Part shown: one piece after another, positions 16,701 through 30,000 of the stretch
Layout of the letters: every line of letters starts with the position of its first letter
How positions within the stretch are numbered: the stretch's first letter is position 1
From: Macrostomum lignano
Lineage: Eukaryota
Direction of reading: 5' to 3'
Assembly: GCA_002269645.1 (NCBI GenBank)
Contig: NIVC01000377.1
Span: forward strand, 1-64,000
Length of the DNA stretch: 64,000 nt
Program-made: the position numbers and the translations under genes
The notes under the pieces: model-generated
The model's database searches: none
What the model saw: the letters and a program-made list of their open reading frames with translations, nothing else
What the model was told of the DNA's origin: nothing

Positions 16701-18023
16701 CAGTGGGACTGGGTGGACTCTCAGTTGGACCGGGTGGACTCTTAAAGAGACTGGGTGGACTCCCAGTGGGACTGGGTGGACACTTGACCTCTTAGGGAAA
16801 GTGAAACGATGGATTAACTTCACCCGAATCCGCAGGCGACACGCCCTATGCGTTCGGTTCTTACCTGGAATTCCTGGGCCAGCGGAAGTTCGTGTTCGGT
16901 GTCTATGGCACAGACTTCACCGGGGCCAGCGTGCGCTGGGAGGCCGCGTTTGAGATCTCGAAGAGCAGCCTGCCAGTCACGGTAAGCTTCAGTTTATTCC
17001 AATCCGAACCCAAATTCCAACCCGAACCCGAATTCCAATCCGAACCCGAATTCCAATCTGAACCCGAATTCCAACCCGAACCCGAATTCCAACCCGAACC
17101 CGAATTCCAACCCGAACTCGAATTCCAATCCGAACCGGAATACCAATCCGAACCCGAATTCCAATCCGAACCCGAATTCCAACCCGAACTGGAATTCCAA
17201 TCCGAACCCGAATTCCAACCCGAACTCGAATTCCAATCCGAACCCGAATTCCAATCCGATTCGAAATCGAACCCCGGCCCCGCAGCTGTGCGGCACCTGG
17301 GAGGACAGGTCCGGCCTGATACTCTACGTCGACGGAATGCGAGCCATCATCAAGCAGAACGGGGTGCAGAAGTACATGGACCGGTACTTCCTGAACGCGA
17401 TCATCCCATTCCAAGAGACCATGGTGTTCTGCCGCGGCAAGTCGGGCATTTCGCCAGACGATTCGGGCATCTCGAATGTCTGCGTCCAGGAGGCCGTGTG
17501 GGACTCGGACACGATCACTAGTGAGCACTTTCCCAGTTGAAGTGTTCCGGTTTCAGCTCAGGAATGCAAACTGATAACTCGATTTAGACTAAAGCGTTTT
17601 TTGCAACGCTCGAGATATTCAACGACGAGATATTCTGCAGAATTTTTAGTTTAAACTTCCAGAGCTTCAGGGCTAACACAACCTTAAGTACCTCAAAGAT
17701 CTTTAAGACCCTCGGGACATCAAAGCCCTCAGGAACCTCGGGGCGGTCAATACCTTCAGGACCCTCAGGAACCTCAGGGCGGTCAATACCTTCAGGACCC
17801 TCAGGAACCTCGGGCAGTCAATACCTTCAGGACTCTCAGAATTCTCAGTATTGCTCTCGAACATTGCAGACATGCCGCTGTCCTACGCCGATCTTGGCTG
17901 CACCGAGTCTTCCACTGTGTCGCCAAAGTACACTGTCAGCTCCAATCTGATCACCAGCACTCAGGACCGGTACCAGATGGACTGCTTTGAAAACTGCGGC
18001 TACTTCAGGTACAGATGAGAGAC

Positions 18024-18078
<55 letters not shown>

Positions 18079-21000
18079 TTGAGAGAGGGAGAGAGACTAG
18101 AGGTGAGTTGAGAGAGACTTTCTAGACCTGACTAGACTATAGGTTCGTTATCTGAAAAAGGGGAAACTTTAGAAATGAGTTGGGAAAGGAGAGATAAGGG
18201 AAAATTTAGAAAAGAGTAGATTAGATAAAGATTAGACAAGCACCTGGAGCCCTATACAAGTACAGCTTGTACTTTAACGCCCCCTCACGTCCCGTCACCG
18301 CAGGCCGAACCCGTCAAGCGTGGTGGACATGAAGCAGATCTACGGCATCCAGAAGAAAAGCCCCAACTACGGCCTGTGCATGTGCATCGGGCAGCTGAGC
18401 TACCTGAGCGACATCACCACCATCAGCTGCAGCTCAGCTCCCGACTTGGCATTCCACCTGTTCCTCACGTCCCAGCTCTACCTGCCGCCCAATGTCTACA
18501 CCATCTTCAGCACCAAGGTGTACAATCCGTACGCTGCCGACATGTTCACGGGTGACTCCATCGCTTTTGAACTGAGCATCCATCGGTACAGCATCGGCAG
18601 CGAGCCGGCCAAGATGAGCCCTGCTGAGTACACCGTCACCGTTGACTTCGGCGACGGCACCAGTTCGGTGCTGAAGCAGAGCGTCTTCTCGCATGCGTAC
18701 AGCAGCGACGGCCAGAAGACGGTGGTCATCAAGGTGGCCAGCATCTATGGGCAAAACTCTACGGAGATAACGCTGACGATCAAGAGTGAGTTGGTCTGAG
18801 TACTGTCGAACGTCTTTTAAACTCCAGGAATTTCCAATGGGTTCAAACCTATTAAGTGACATGCTGAACTGCACGAAAAAACTAGCTATTCAACAGTGTG
18901 AGTGGAGGGTGTACATTGTACATTCAGTGTACAGTAGGAGTACAGGCAATGGAACACCAAATCTCACTCATCCACACCAAGCAGTAAGCAGCTTTGCTTG
19001 AGGCTTTCGGAATAAAAGTGGACAACTAGGTTGACCTCCGGTTGTCAAGAAGAAGACTTGGTGTTGAAGACTTCAGATCAGATCTCATTTCTCGCCTTCC
19101 AAAAACAGCGAAAACCCCATGACAGTACTTAAAGTAGTAGTAGCTTGAAGCAGTAGCTCAGTGGTTCGAGCATCTGAATCTCGCTGCTTGTGGGGAATGG
19201 CTGCCTGCCTATCTGAGGGTCGGCTGTCGCCTGTTGTTCAGATTCCACCAGCAAATCAAACACGTTTCCCCATCAACCGCAGACAAAGAGACTGAGGAGG
19301 CTGTGGACATCGACGTGGTCAAGATATTTCCGGCGCAGAGCGGCACGGACAAGAGCGTCGCCTACACCGCCGTGATCGCCGGTCGGCTATCTAAGACGGC
19401 CACTATCTACGTGAATGGCGTGCAGAAGGAGAAGTTCCAGGTAGCGGACTATTCCACGGTGAAGACCGGCACCGTTGCGGTGGATGCGTTCGGTTTCTAC
19501 AACATTAGCATGTGCGTGAACAACAGCCGGACATTGAAGTGCTCAAGCGCCGTGGTGCTCATTGGCGACAGGGTGAATCGCAGGGCCATGTGTATCGGCA
19601 CGGCCGACACTGACGTGGTTAAGATTGAATTTCCCATGGTGGACTCGATCTTGAGCAAGCTGAAAGTTGTTAGCCAGCCTGATGGAGCCGTGGTTCCTCA
19701 CACAACGGGGCCAAACTCTCTGAGCGTCCGGTGCGCCAGCCTGGCCGCGCTCGGCCCTAGAGATCTCCAACTGATTGTGAAGTACGACTCGAACATGGTG
19801 GTGCTGCCTCTGCGTGTGCACATGAACACCTGCCCTACTGTGGCTATCGTGGCCACCAAGCTGAGCGGCCTCAAGGACGACACCTTCCCTGTGAAGTTTC
19901 GCGTCGTTGGAGTCGGTCGCTACGAGTTGCAGCTCTGCGACGGGCTGAAAGCTTGCGAGTTCCTTGTGGTTGACGGACTTAACGGCCAACTGGAGTTGGA
20001 TCGGAACTACGTCTACGGCGCCACTGGGGTATTCAACGTCACCCTACGTGCTGCCAACGACGGCTGCGCCCGCGACTCTGCCGTGATGCTCGGCACGCAA
20101 GTGCCGTTCAAAGACGCCTACATCGTGGCCCAGCCGCTGAAGTCGCTGTCCGAGGACTTGGAGCTGTATCTTTATATCAACACGAAGTTCGGCCTGGCCA
20201 TCGGCGGCGAGTCCAACTCTGTCGAGGTGCAGCTCACCGGAATGGAGGCCAAGACCTACTCGCTTGACGGCAACTTCGCCACCTTCGGCCCGTTCGTGCT
20301 CAAGTACAAGGTCTCACACTTTGGCAAGTTCACCATCACCGCCGTCATGAAGAACCTCATCGGCAGCCTGACCGTCACCAACCAGACCAGCGTGGGCGCC
20401 GAGATCAGCAACCCGGCTGTGCAGCTCATTCAGCCGGTCGGTGGCCCGAGCCGCTCCGTGCAGTTCGCTGTCACCATCTCCAAGGGCTTCCCGATCAGCT
20501 TCCAGCTCGGTGGTACCACAGAAGCCGGCGCCGCTGTTACCCAAACCATCAACAGCTTCAACCCGAACGATTACGCTGACAACACCACCATCTACCTGTG
20601 GAGGCCCAAGCTGGCATGGGAAAACACCACGATTCCTCTGAGTCCATCCGGTGCCATCACCTACAGCCTCACAACGGCAAACAGTCCACCAAAAAGTCTG
20701 GGCGCCGCCGACCCGGTGGGGACAATGACGGTGTCGCGAGGCGGCCGGCTGTTCATGTTCGCTCTGCTGGGCTACAACTTCCAGCTGGGAAGGAATTCCG
20801 TCACTCTGCGGCTGTCAAATGTGTTCAGCACCGACGGAGGCGCTGAGCTCAACATGTGCGGCAGCATCATCTACACGCTGAACACGGACTCCTGCGCCCA
20901 GGAGGTGGAGTTCCGCCGCGACGGCAGCCTTCTAGCCTGGGACTCCGTCATCCAGGTGGAGATGAGCACCGCTCTGACTATCACGGCCAGCTACAGCAGC

Positions 21001-24000
21001 ACCTGCAGCCCGTCTACCTACTATTTCAGCTGGCAAATTTTGAAGGTCCTGGACAGCGGTGCTTCGCTAAACGACCTGTTGAATTTGCAGCCGCTCAGCT
21101 ACCAGTGCAGCGCGCCGCAGAGCGCCAGCTTCGTGCTGGACAAGTACGCCCTCACCTATGGCCTCTACCGTCTATCGGTGTTCCACAGCCCCACCAGCTA
21201 TCCGGCGAACCTCCTGCCGAGGCAGCTGGGCACCATCAAGATTATCCCGTCCAGTTTAGTCTGCAGGTTCAAAGGCGAATCGGACATCGCCATCAGCCTG
21301 GGTGACATGCTCTACATTGACTACTCGCTGTGCCGCGACCCCGACGACTTCCTTGGCAACAACTCCGTGCGGGTGGTGGTCGCCTGCGTTGGCGATAGCA
21401 GCCCCGTGGTCTACAACAACCTCGACTGCTGCAGCCAGGACTTCGGCAACGAGAACCACTGGACCCAGATCGGCCTCTACCCGAACGGCACAACGCCGAG
21501 TCCCAACGCCGCCGACTTCAAAATGTACGACAAAAAAGGCAAGGGCAGCTGCTTCCCCAACCCGAACCTGCTCACCTACAAGGAGTCGGAGAAGGTCGTG
21601 CTAGCCGAGACGGAGGCGCTGAATAATAACGACATGATGAAGATGTGCATCTGCGGATTTGACAAGAAGTCTCGGCAAGCCTCCGACCAGGCGCGCCTGC
21701 AGGTGCTGAACATCAACAGCATCTCGGACGCCAACAACATCCTCACTAACTTGGACCCCACCAACCCGACCAAAGCGCTCTCCGTGATCTCCATGGTCAG
21801 CAGTACGTTTGTAAGTAGAGAGCAACTCTCGCCCCCTGACCACACTGCGGTCACTGCAAGCAAGCGCACCTCGATGCCAATTTCAGAAAGATTCCAACGA
21901 CACAGACATGGTCCTGGCGGTGAAGGAGAGCGCCTGCGCCAAGGTTGATCAGGTGTCGCAGTTTCTAACCGACCCAAATCAGGCCATCACGCTGAGTAAA
22001 ACCCTGGTGACCATTACCACGGACGGGAGCAACGTCAATGCTCAGGTTCGTGTTGAACTCTTTAACTGTCAAAGCACTATTTCACCCCTCCATCCAAGGA
22101 CTTCCAAAGTAGAGCCCTCAAAAATAGTCGAGCAGTAAAACTTCTGCAGCGTCTATTCAAATTCAGTTATGATTTTCTGTTTATTGGCCACAAATACAAT
22201 AATAACCGGATGGGCCACTCAATAAATTTACGTTTAAGCTACTTTCAGTTCAGTAGTAAGTTAAATAGAAGCATTTAAATGTGTTTTAGTTGCCCCCAGC
22301 TGAACCTTTCCCAATGTGCCTTTCCACTCAAAACTTCTACCCTCGCCCCAACATCCAACTTTTATTGCCCTTCCTCGCCCGGTGTTCCAGCCTGAAGCTG
22401 CGTGCCATGTACATTCTCATTGGCGCTGGGCCAATGTAAATTAGGGCTTCACCAATAGCAAGAGGCTGTTTACGTCTGCAAGTCACTCCAACTGCCTTTC
22501 TTTTTATGAGCTAAAAACTAGCTTACAAATCTACCTTGCTACGTACGACTGTTTCATGCAAGCAAATGCATGTCTGCCTGAGTGGCCCATCCACTTATTT
22601 AATATGTTTTAGGTCGGGGATTCGAATCCCGACCCACTTGTAACAATTTGTGTCGTTTAAGCAATACACTTAACCCTGCATCGCTTCAGTTCACCCAGCT
22701 ATAAAATGGGTGCCAGCATTAGCTGGGGTAATTGAGGGTGGGTGTGGCGACCCCCAGTCCTTGGACTGAACAGCCGTACGCAGCCTTCAGATGCGCCGCG
22801 CAATAGCTGCGGCTGAGCTGTCGGTTGAACATGTGCCCATATCTGTGTTTTTGACGAGCTACTGTACTCTAATTATTTGCCGAAAAGTACAAAGTAGTAG
22901 CAGGTAAAAATCTCGCTTCAGACCGGATAGATTCCGAGAATTCTAGAGAAAAACTTATTCCGTGATTTCTTGATAACCCTCCCAGCAAGTACGTTTTGCA
23001 CTCTATTATTCCTATTTTCAAGTTTGAAATGTCGAATATTTACGGAAAAGTTATACACAGCCTGTAAAAACGGTCATTCCCATGTGTGCAGATCAGCTCA
23101 GCATCTGCGCTGGACAACACGGCCAAGAGCATGGCTTCCTTCCACTCCGCATCTCCGGAGCAGGTCGAGACAGCCACCGGAGGTAGGCATATCCACTATT
23201 ACTTGTGCTTTTTTTAAATTCAGAGTTTAGATTTATTGTTTCTATTAGAACGAAACCAGCAAACCAGATAAACAGACGCGCTTACAAACTACGCGCTTAC
23301 AAATAACTAGATGGGGCCACTCAGGCACATTTAATTAGTAAAACAGCTTTCTACTTTCAGTTCAGTAGCAAAGAAGAATACAAAAGCTATTTTATAAAGG
23401 CAGCTGAAATTACTTTGAATCTTTGATAAGTTTAGAAGCCCAAGCTTCCAGGCGTAAACAACTTGCTAATTGGTTCAGCAGTAATGTACATTAGCCAGTC
23501 CACTGAAATGCACATGGCAGCTTCTGACTGGAATTCTGATAAAGGCAATAAAATTGGGGTGCGCAGGGAGGGGTACTAAGGAAAGGCGCGGTTGGACGGT
23601 TTAGGCTTGGGGGTAAGAGCCAATAAATGAGCCTTGGCTTTAAAAATACATTAAAATGCTTCAGTTTAACTTACTACTGAACTGAAAGTAGCTTGCACGC
23701 AAATGTGCTGAGTGGCTTATCTAAGTATTCTACGAGCGTATTATCTGTGTTACTGATTAGCATTTTTAATTTTCTTTGCAAATGCAGGCAGAAATTCTCA
23801 GTTTATTATTCATCCACCACGTCGCAGGCACCCTCGGCACAGTGGGCAACATCCAGCCCACCCTGACCCCGGCTGAAGAGGACATCCAGGCCTGCGTGAA
23901 CAACATGGTGAACATTGTTGGCTGGTCGCCGGAGACCAGTCTGGACTGGTGCGACCCGGGCTCAGCGCCTGTCATGTCCATCGCCAGGCGTCGGCGGGCG

Positions 24001-27000
24001 GTCCGCGCGGCCCCGCTGGACCCCAGCCAGCACAAGGAGGAGCCCGAGAGGCCGAAGAGCACCAAGTGCCCGCTGCCTGACGGCGACTCGCTGCCGGACA
24101 ATGTGTCAGTAGCTGGCTTCATCAGTAGCTGTTGCTCTTGAAATCTAGGTGGAGTCGATAGCCGAATGAGTCAGCGCATTCGCTACCTTGCCAGGGGTCG
24201 CCATCATTAACCCGAATTATCACAAACCCGAAATATCGACCATAAAACCGAGACTATCATAAGACCAACGCTATTTTCGTTTTCGGCGTTAGCTTTGTGA
24301 TATTTCGGGTTTGTGATGTCTCGGTTTTGTGATTATGTTTCGGTTTTGTGATGTCTTCGGTTTTGTGATGTTTCGGTTTTGTGATGTTTCGGTTTTGTGA
24401 TGTTTCGGTTTTGTGATGTTTCGGTTTTGTGATGTTTCGGTTTGTGATGTTTCGGTTTTGTGATGTTTGATGTTTCGGTTTTGTGATGTTTCGGTTTTGT
24501 GATATTTCGGGTTTGTGATGTTTCGGTTTTGTGATGTTTCGGTTTTGTGATGTTTCGGTTTTGTGATGTTTCGGGTTTGAGATGTTTCGGGTTTGTGATG
24601 TTTCGGTTTTGTGTTATTTCGGGTTTGAGATGTTTCGGTTTTGTGATGTTTCGGTTTTGTGATGTTTCGGGTTTGTGATGATTCGGTTTTGAGATGTTTC
24701 GATTTTGTGATATTTCAAACTTGTGATGCCCCCCTTGCTATAGCACTGCAAGTTAAGCTGAATTGGCCTCGGTTAGTACTGACCACTGAGCAGGCACACG
24801 CTCACACAGGGTGTACAGCGGGCCAGACTTTTCCCATCGTTTGTCCTTGGAGGCTGATCTTCATGAGCAAAAATAGCACTACAAATTTTAGAATTTTTTA
24901 TCTTTTAATTGACGATGCTTATAATTCATCATAATTTAGCAACAGAAAAATATGAATTTAATCATGGATTAAAACAACAAAATTCAATCCCTTGCAGATT
25001 TAGCTGCATAAAGAACTGCACCCAGCTGCAGAATCTGTTAAAGTACATGATGCCCGATATGCGAAACGAGCTGTGCAGCGAGAAGTACCAGGCTCTGCTG
25101 GGCCAGCAGGAGCAGAGGAAAAAAGCGGTAAGTGACGTTTTAAGTATCAATAAACGCAACCTGTTATTTGATAACACAGGAATTTTTCTAATTGCTTTCC
25201 ATCGCCTGCAGAAAGCTCAAATTTCTACGAAATCGATGAGTTCGCTGAAGACCTGCTCGGCCACCTCGTTGGGCAAGGGAGAAAAATCGCAGGTAGCCTC
25301 CGACAAGGTCACCGTTGCCAGCCTGAGAGCGCCCGCCAACTTTTCCAGCGAAGAAGGTTTGAAATTTCTTAAGGAATTGGCTTCGGTTTTGCACCACAGA
25401 TACAGAAAAACAAGGTTGGGCCACTCAGCACATTTACTTAGTAAAACAGCTTTCTACTTTCAGCTCAGTAGCAAAGAAGAATGCATAAGCTGTTATAAAA
25501 TTAAGACAGCTGAACTGAGTTTGATAAGTTTAGAAGCCCAAGCTTGCAGGCGTAAACAACTTGCTAATTGGTTCAGCAATAATGTACATTAGCTAGTCCA
25601 CTGAAATATTACATGGCAGCTTTAGGCTGGAATTCCGAGAAAGGCAATAAAAATTGGGGTGCGCGGGGGGGGGTAGTAAGGAAAGGCGCGGTTGAAGGGT
25701 TTAAGCTGGGGGTAAGAGCTAATAAATGAGCCTTGGCTTTAAAAATACATTAAAATGCTTCTGTGTAAATTACTACTGAACTGAAAGTAGCTTACACGCA
25801 AATGTGCTGAGTGGCCCATCTAGTTATTCTAGTATCTGTAGTTTGCACTGTACCTGATTTTCTCGATAGGAAATCGGATAAGATAGCACATAAGAAATTT
25901 ATAACACAAAAACAGCTATATGTTCTACTACAAGTAGTTATACCTATAGAAAATAACAAACTCCCGTTTCTTTCTAACCAGACGGTGTCGGCACTTCGTC
26001 GAACAATGGAGGCGTCAACGTGCCCAGGGATCTGCTGGGCGCTGGTCTGGGAATTGGGGTGAGACGGACTTATATTGAGATACTGAGACGCTAAAAATAA
26101 TATCAAGGCAATAGACACAATATGATACTAAAACTGAGCTACTGACACTTAGATACAATGATACTGACACTAGTATACAGAAATACTGACACTTGGATAC
26201 AATGATACTGACACTAGGATACAGAAATACTGACACTTGGATACAATGATACTGACACTAGTATACAGAAATACTGACACTTGGTTACAATGATACTGAC
26301 ACTAGGATACAGAAATACTGACACTTGGTTACAATGATACTGACACTAGTATACAGAAATACTGACACTAGGATACAGATATACTGACAAGGATACAATG
26401 TATACAGAGATACTGCAACTAAAACAAAGATGCTGAAAGAAAGACATAAAGATACTGACCCTAAAACACAAAGATACTGACAATAAGACACTGAGACGCT
26501 GAGACACAGAGACACTAATACGCTTCGAGTGTAAGACCCCAAAACTCTAAGGGACAATGACAATAATGCACTGATACTATAGGGGGCACTGGGACACTAA
26601 AAAGATTAGTCAATGTATTACTCAAACCCAAGCGCTCAAGCACTGAGTCCACACCGCCAATAACCCATTCCAGCTGCAGACATTCAAGAACAACCCGATC
26701 TGCCACGGCGACAGGGCTGTGAAGTCGCCTTTGACCTCAGTGACCATCAACAAGGTTGGCGGCGGCGAGGTGCCCACCAAAGGCGTAGCAAAGCCAATCT
26801 CCATCTTTATCAAGCGAGGAACTCGTAAGTGTCGATATTGTTCTATTTGTCCTCGAATATACTTTGGTCTTGGGGTATGAAAAATCTGAGTTCGAGTTAA
26901 AGGTATAAGAAACAATAAAGTAGAAATACGCCTGATCCGCTGTAAAGTGACCAGGTGTGACAGTCGCCGTTGCAATGGGCTGTTATGGCTAGCGACTCCC

Positions 27001-30000
27001 ACCCTGTATCTCTGCCATAGCTCGGAGATATCAGCTGCTTGCTAACCACGGCTAACTCTGCTTAAGTCGCAGCACTGGCACTGAATGCGCTAATCAACTA
27101 GGTTAAAGGCAACCAAAACAAGGCTTAAATAAAATGTCATGACAAAAATGTCTGGTTTAATGCTGACGATGAATACGATCTTAGACCATTTTCCGGAATC
27201 TTTAACTGGACCTGCAAGCCAGCTTCCGCCATCACATCGTTGCAGCCTTGCAGACCCGGCTGTACCCCATCAAGCACGACGATAAGGTGGGCAACTGCCA
27301 CTGCGCCAACCTCACCCGGGACAACCAGACCCTCGGCATCAGCCTTCGCGACCTGAAAAACGACACCTCAGTAACCGAAGTGAACTTCGCTATTTACCTG
27401 AACAACGGGTCCTGCCCGGAGCCCGAGGCGAACAATTTAACCTGGCTTACTTTCCTGCCCAGATCTATCGAAGAGATTAAGGCCAACCTGAGCCAGTCGG
27501 ACGCGGCCATGCTGAAAGGCCAGAGCGGGCTTCAGCTGCAGAACGAGCTGCAGAATACTTACATATTCCCGGCTAACCTGACCAGCACTGCCGGGCTCTA
27601 CTGCGTCTTTGTGACTCTGTCGCGTGAGTTGAGATCTACGCATTAGAAGGAGGCGTTCGGGCAAGAGAGAAAGTAGTAATGTGTAAAAACGATAATTACT
27701 CTTTTCAGAGGCAACGGTAAAATTCGATACATCCACGAAGCCGATTAACCCGAACACCGTGTACGAATTTGCATTCTTTATTGACAACCCGGTGTACTTC
27801 GATGAAGAGAAGCAGAAATGGAAGACGGATGGAATTTCTGTGAGTGTCTGGCAGCACGTTGTATAAACCTACAGCTCACTCCCGAAATATTTCCAATCGC
27901 TGATTGGCTGAATTTGGAAATATCTTTCTCTCCAACCCTCCTCATCGCTGATTGGCTGGATTTAGAAATATCTTTCTCTCCAACCCTCCTCATCGCTGAT
28001 TAGCTGGATTTGGAAATATCATTCTCTCTAACCCTCCTCATCGCTGATTGGCTGGATTTGGAAATATCATTCTCTCTAACCCTCCTCATCGCTGATTGGC
28101 TGGATTTGGAAATATCTTTCTCTCCAACCCTCCTCATCGCTGATTGGCTGGATTTGGAAGTATCTTTCACTTAAGCCCCCCCCTCTACTCTCTCAACCTT
28201 TCTTGGACATTGGCTTGTAAAAATCGCGACATTAAAAGTTACAATAAACAATAAATAATTAAACTAAGTAAAGTGTTATACTTTCAAATGATCTCCTTAG
28301 GTTGGCCAGCTGTCTTGCCCTTCGCAAATGCACCTGGAAGTGACTCACCTGACGTCATTTGCTAGTGACATGGTCGTACCGCCGAACACCATCGACTTTA
28401 ACACGGTGTGGAGCAAGTTCAAAAACCTCAGCGAGAATGCCGCAGTATTCTCCACCGTGATCAGCACGCTGATTCTGTACATCATCCTGATGATCTGGGG
28501 CCGCATCATGGATAAGAAGGACATCAAACGGTGGGGCGCCACCAACCTGCAGGACAATATTCCTAACGACACCTACCACTACCAGATCTCCGTGATGACT
28601 GGCTACAGGAAGGGCTCTGGCACAAACTCGAAGGTCTATTTTATACTGTGCGGCGATAACGGCGACACTGGCATCCGCGAGCTGTCCGACGGCGATAGGA
28701 AGGTAAATCGGACGATTCTGCGTCAGTTTGCTTGGGTCAAGCAAGAAATTTACACTTACTGTTGCTATTTCTGTTCACCCAGGGATTCCCTCGAGGCGAG
28801 GTGTACAACTTCATCATGTCCACGGAGAGCTCGCTCGGCTCTCTGACCTTCTTGCGGATCTGGCACGACAACTCCGGCAAAGGAAAGGAGAAATCCTGGT
28901 ACTTGGACCAGGTGGTCATCAATGACCTGCAGACGGGTGAAAAGTATGTGGTGACTTGGCTTGTTTGACCCAACTCGTTTGAATGTGTAAATCGATTTCA
29001 AAACTCTCCATGCTGAGTGACCACCCCCGCCTCGTCAGTAGCTCAAATTCCTACCCCCTCATGACCCCCACCCCACGCCCCGCCTTGTCATTGGCTTAAA
29101 TTCCTTCCCCCATTTCTCACGACCCCCACCCCACGCCCGTCTACTCATTGGGTGAAATTCCTATTCCCTCGTGATCAAAACCCCACACAATTTTTCCTAA
29201 GCCTAATTCCTACTTCTAAACACAAAATCAGGTCGTTTTTCCTGTGCAACAACTGGCTGGCTGTTGAGGAGGGCGACGGCCAGGTGGAGCGCATTCTGCC
29301 TGTCTCCGGACTCGCCGACCTTGTCGCATTCAAGCAGCTCTTCTCCAGCTCTGTGCAGCGTAAACTCCGCAACGAGCACCTGTGGTTCAGCATCTTCTCC
29401 AGGCCGACAAGGAGCGCCTTCACCCGAGTGCAGCGCATCTCCTGCTGCTGTCGCTCCTGTTCCTAACCATGATTACCAACGCCATGTTCTTTAAGTCGTC
29501 TGACAACCTGGAGAAACGGACTGGCATAACCATTGGTAAGTGTGCCTACTGTCCTTGGTTTATTTCACTAGGATTAATATTAACCCTTCATTCATATTAC
29601 TTGCAAGTAGGAATGCCAAGCCTTTAATTTCTTTATATAGATACTAGATAGTGAAGCCTTGATAAGTTTCTTTCTTAATACTGAACAAGTGCCGCAGTCC
29701 ACGTTGAACACATGAAAACTCTGATCTTGACAATGGAATGGTAAAAAATCTTGACTGTCGTAAATTTTGTAAAGTAAAATTTTCACCAACACTTGTCTAG
29801 GTCCGATTACATTCACTCTGGACCAGCTGTTCATCTCCGTGGTGTCCACCCTGATCGTGTTCCCGCCGTCGATCATTATCATCACTTTCTTCAAAAAGTG
29901 CAAAGCCAAGGCTGCTGGCAACAAGGTGCTGCAGGCTAATCAGGACCTGAGCACAAAGTCCAGCAAGTACACCTGGCGCTCGGTCGGTCGCAGCACGGAG

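Noticed and set aside
13870-17528. Long LGGLSVG, RVHPVPL, TESPPSP and PEPEFQ ORFs
   Set aside because: They come from 21-bp and 18-bp intronic minisatellites; the flanking PKD exons splice around them in phase.
19152-19185. tRNA-like GTAGCTCAGTGGTTCGAGCATCTGA
   Set aside because: Only a D-arm/A-box-like piece with no T-arm or acceptor stem; at most a SINE-head remnant.
19543-21977. Multiple antisense and alternate-frame ORFs over the large PKD exon (also over 46300-46900 and 11057-11635)
   Set aside because: Shadow ORFs expected from GC3-rich coding sequence; no independent motifs.
24909-25592. 227-aa ORF as an independent gene
   Set aside because: It is PKD exons 11-12 read through an in-frame intron and into MITE copy 4.
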